NCBI GenBank assembly: GCA_013239625.1
Contig: MU053911.1
Location: 695,590-759,589, forward strand
Direction: 5' to 3'
From: Lama guanicoe
Taxonomy: Eukaryota
DNA: 64,000 bases
The position numbers were made by a program, and so were the translations under genes. Positions within the stretch are counted from its first letter, which is position 1. Each line of letters opens with the position of its first letter. The notes under the pieces were generated by a model. That model made no database searches. It saw only the letters and a program-made list of their open reading frames with translations, and was not told the DNA's origin. Shown here one piece after another: positions 62,701-64,000 of the stretch.

Positions 62701-64000
62701 CAAGTCGCTTCGTTTCTTATTTGTAACATCAGGAGCTTAAACCAGGCCCCTTTCCAGCTCTAAAACTCTGCAGCTCGGAGTCTAAGGACTCATGCCTTCT
62801 TGGAGATGAAGTTTAATCCTGTCGTAGACTGGCTTGTTATTACGATACAGTCCGTTCACACATAACCCAAACAAAACCAGGTCTCCCACAGCCCAAAACA
62901 ATGTCAAGAACCAGCGTGATTTACATGGGAACGAGACCTTGCCTTGGGCTTCGGCACCCCCGCGCGTCCCCCCGGAGCGCCCTGGCGTGTCCTCCACCCT
63001 GTGCGCCTGAGCAGTAAATCTTCAGGATGTGAGATCAGTGCCTGGTCAGATAAATAAATGAATCAACGTTCGGCAAATGCCGTAAATCGTCAGCTTCCCT
63101 CTCCTCAGTCTCCCTTCCTCAGCCAAATTCCTATGGAAACAAACAAACAGAAAAGCCAAAAGAGAGAGGAAGGCAGAAAATATTTTCAGCTCACGACGTG
63201 ACCTGTTGGAGCAGGCCGCCCTACATTTCATCAGCATGGCCTCCACCTGCCCTCCCACCCAGCAGAGCTATTTTCAGCACACAGGGCACCGCTTATTCTG
63301 TGGCTGCATTAGGCCGCGTCCCCGGTCAGGCAGCTTTTGTTAAGGAAGTTGTTCCTTAAGCCCCTCCAGCTGCTTTCTCAAGTGCACCTTTAGGAATAAG
63401 GGGACGGGAAGCCCGGGAAGCCATCACGGGCTCAGCCCTGCCCTCAACCGCGAGCCAGGAGGGCGTCTCAGAGGAGTGCACCTCGCTCGCAGCAGCCCTG
63501 CAGCAGCTCCCCGTGTGAGGGGCCGTCATCTCGCTCCTGCGCTTGGCCGTCGTCAGCCCCGGATAATTACTTTTCCCGTTCTAATTTAATTTGCATTAAG
63601 CCCGGTGTGTTTAGGTTTTGAGACCTAACGCTCGGATCGGGCCTGTGGTTAGGAACGCAAGACTCCTGGGAAAACATCTGGTCTTATCCTGAGTAGATGC
63701 CGGAACCCCCTTCGTGCTGCTCGAATCCCGCTCTGAATGTCCTTCCTCACAAAGTGTACTCTGCACACACACGATTTAAAAATGAAAACAGGTCCACAGG
63801 TGACCGCTGAGAGGACGGTGCCTTGGAGAACGCTCGACAGTTCACCACGAACTAGTCACTAAAATGATTCCTCGAATCCCTTGTGTTTTGGAAGATCCAC
63901 ACACCAACACAAGGCCTTGTGATTCGACAAACGAATTCTGAGTGGACTGCAGCCGTGTCAGCTCCTTCCTTTACTCGCACAGTCACCCTTAACTTGATGG

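Overview
Mammalian, most likely camelid, non-genic or deep-intronic DNA. The camelid call rests on a tRNA-derived SINE resembling Vic-1 and recurrent lineage-type L1 3' ends. I recognise no known protein-coding gene, rRNA, tRNA or CRISPR array; the listed ORFs are short and come from repeats, microsatellites or GC-rich chance. The window holds several generations of L1 fragments, two ERV1-type solo LTRs with perfect 4-bp TSDs, MaLR/ERVL LTRs, DNA-transposon MITEs, MIR/L2 relics and simple repeats. Most notable are: (1) a solo LTR at 446-1044 with a ~23-bp-periodic CCAAT array, two octamers, a TATA box and no AATAAA; (2) a full-length palindromic MER53 whose 3' arm matches miR-1302, as I recall it, at 20/21 nt; (3) a candidate spliced minus-strand transcript at ~48600-45417 with a possible 83-aa ORF; (4) a probable twin-primed inverted L1. 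Repeat family names are from remembered consensus sequences, not a database search. I found no convincing wholly new biological system.
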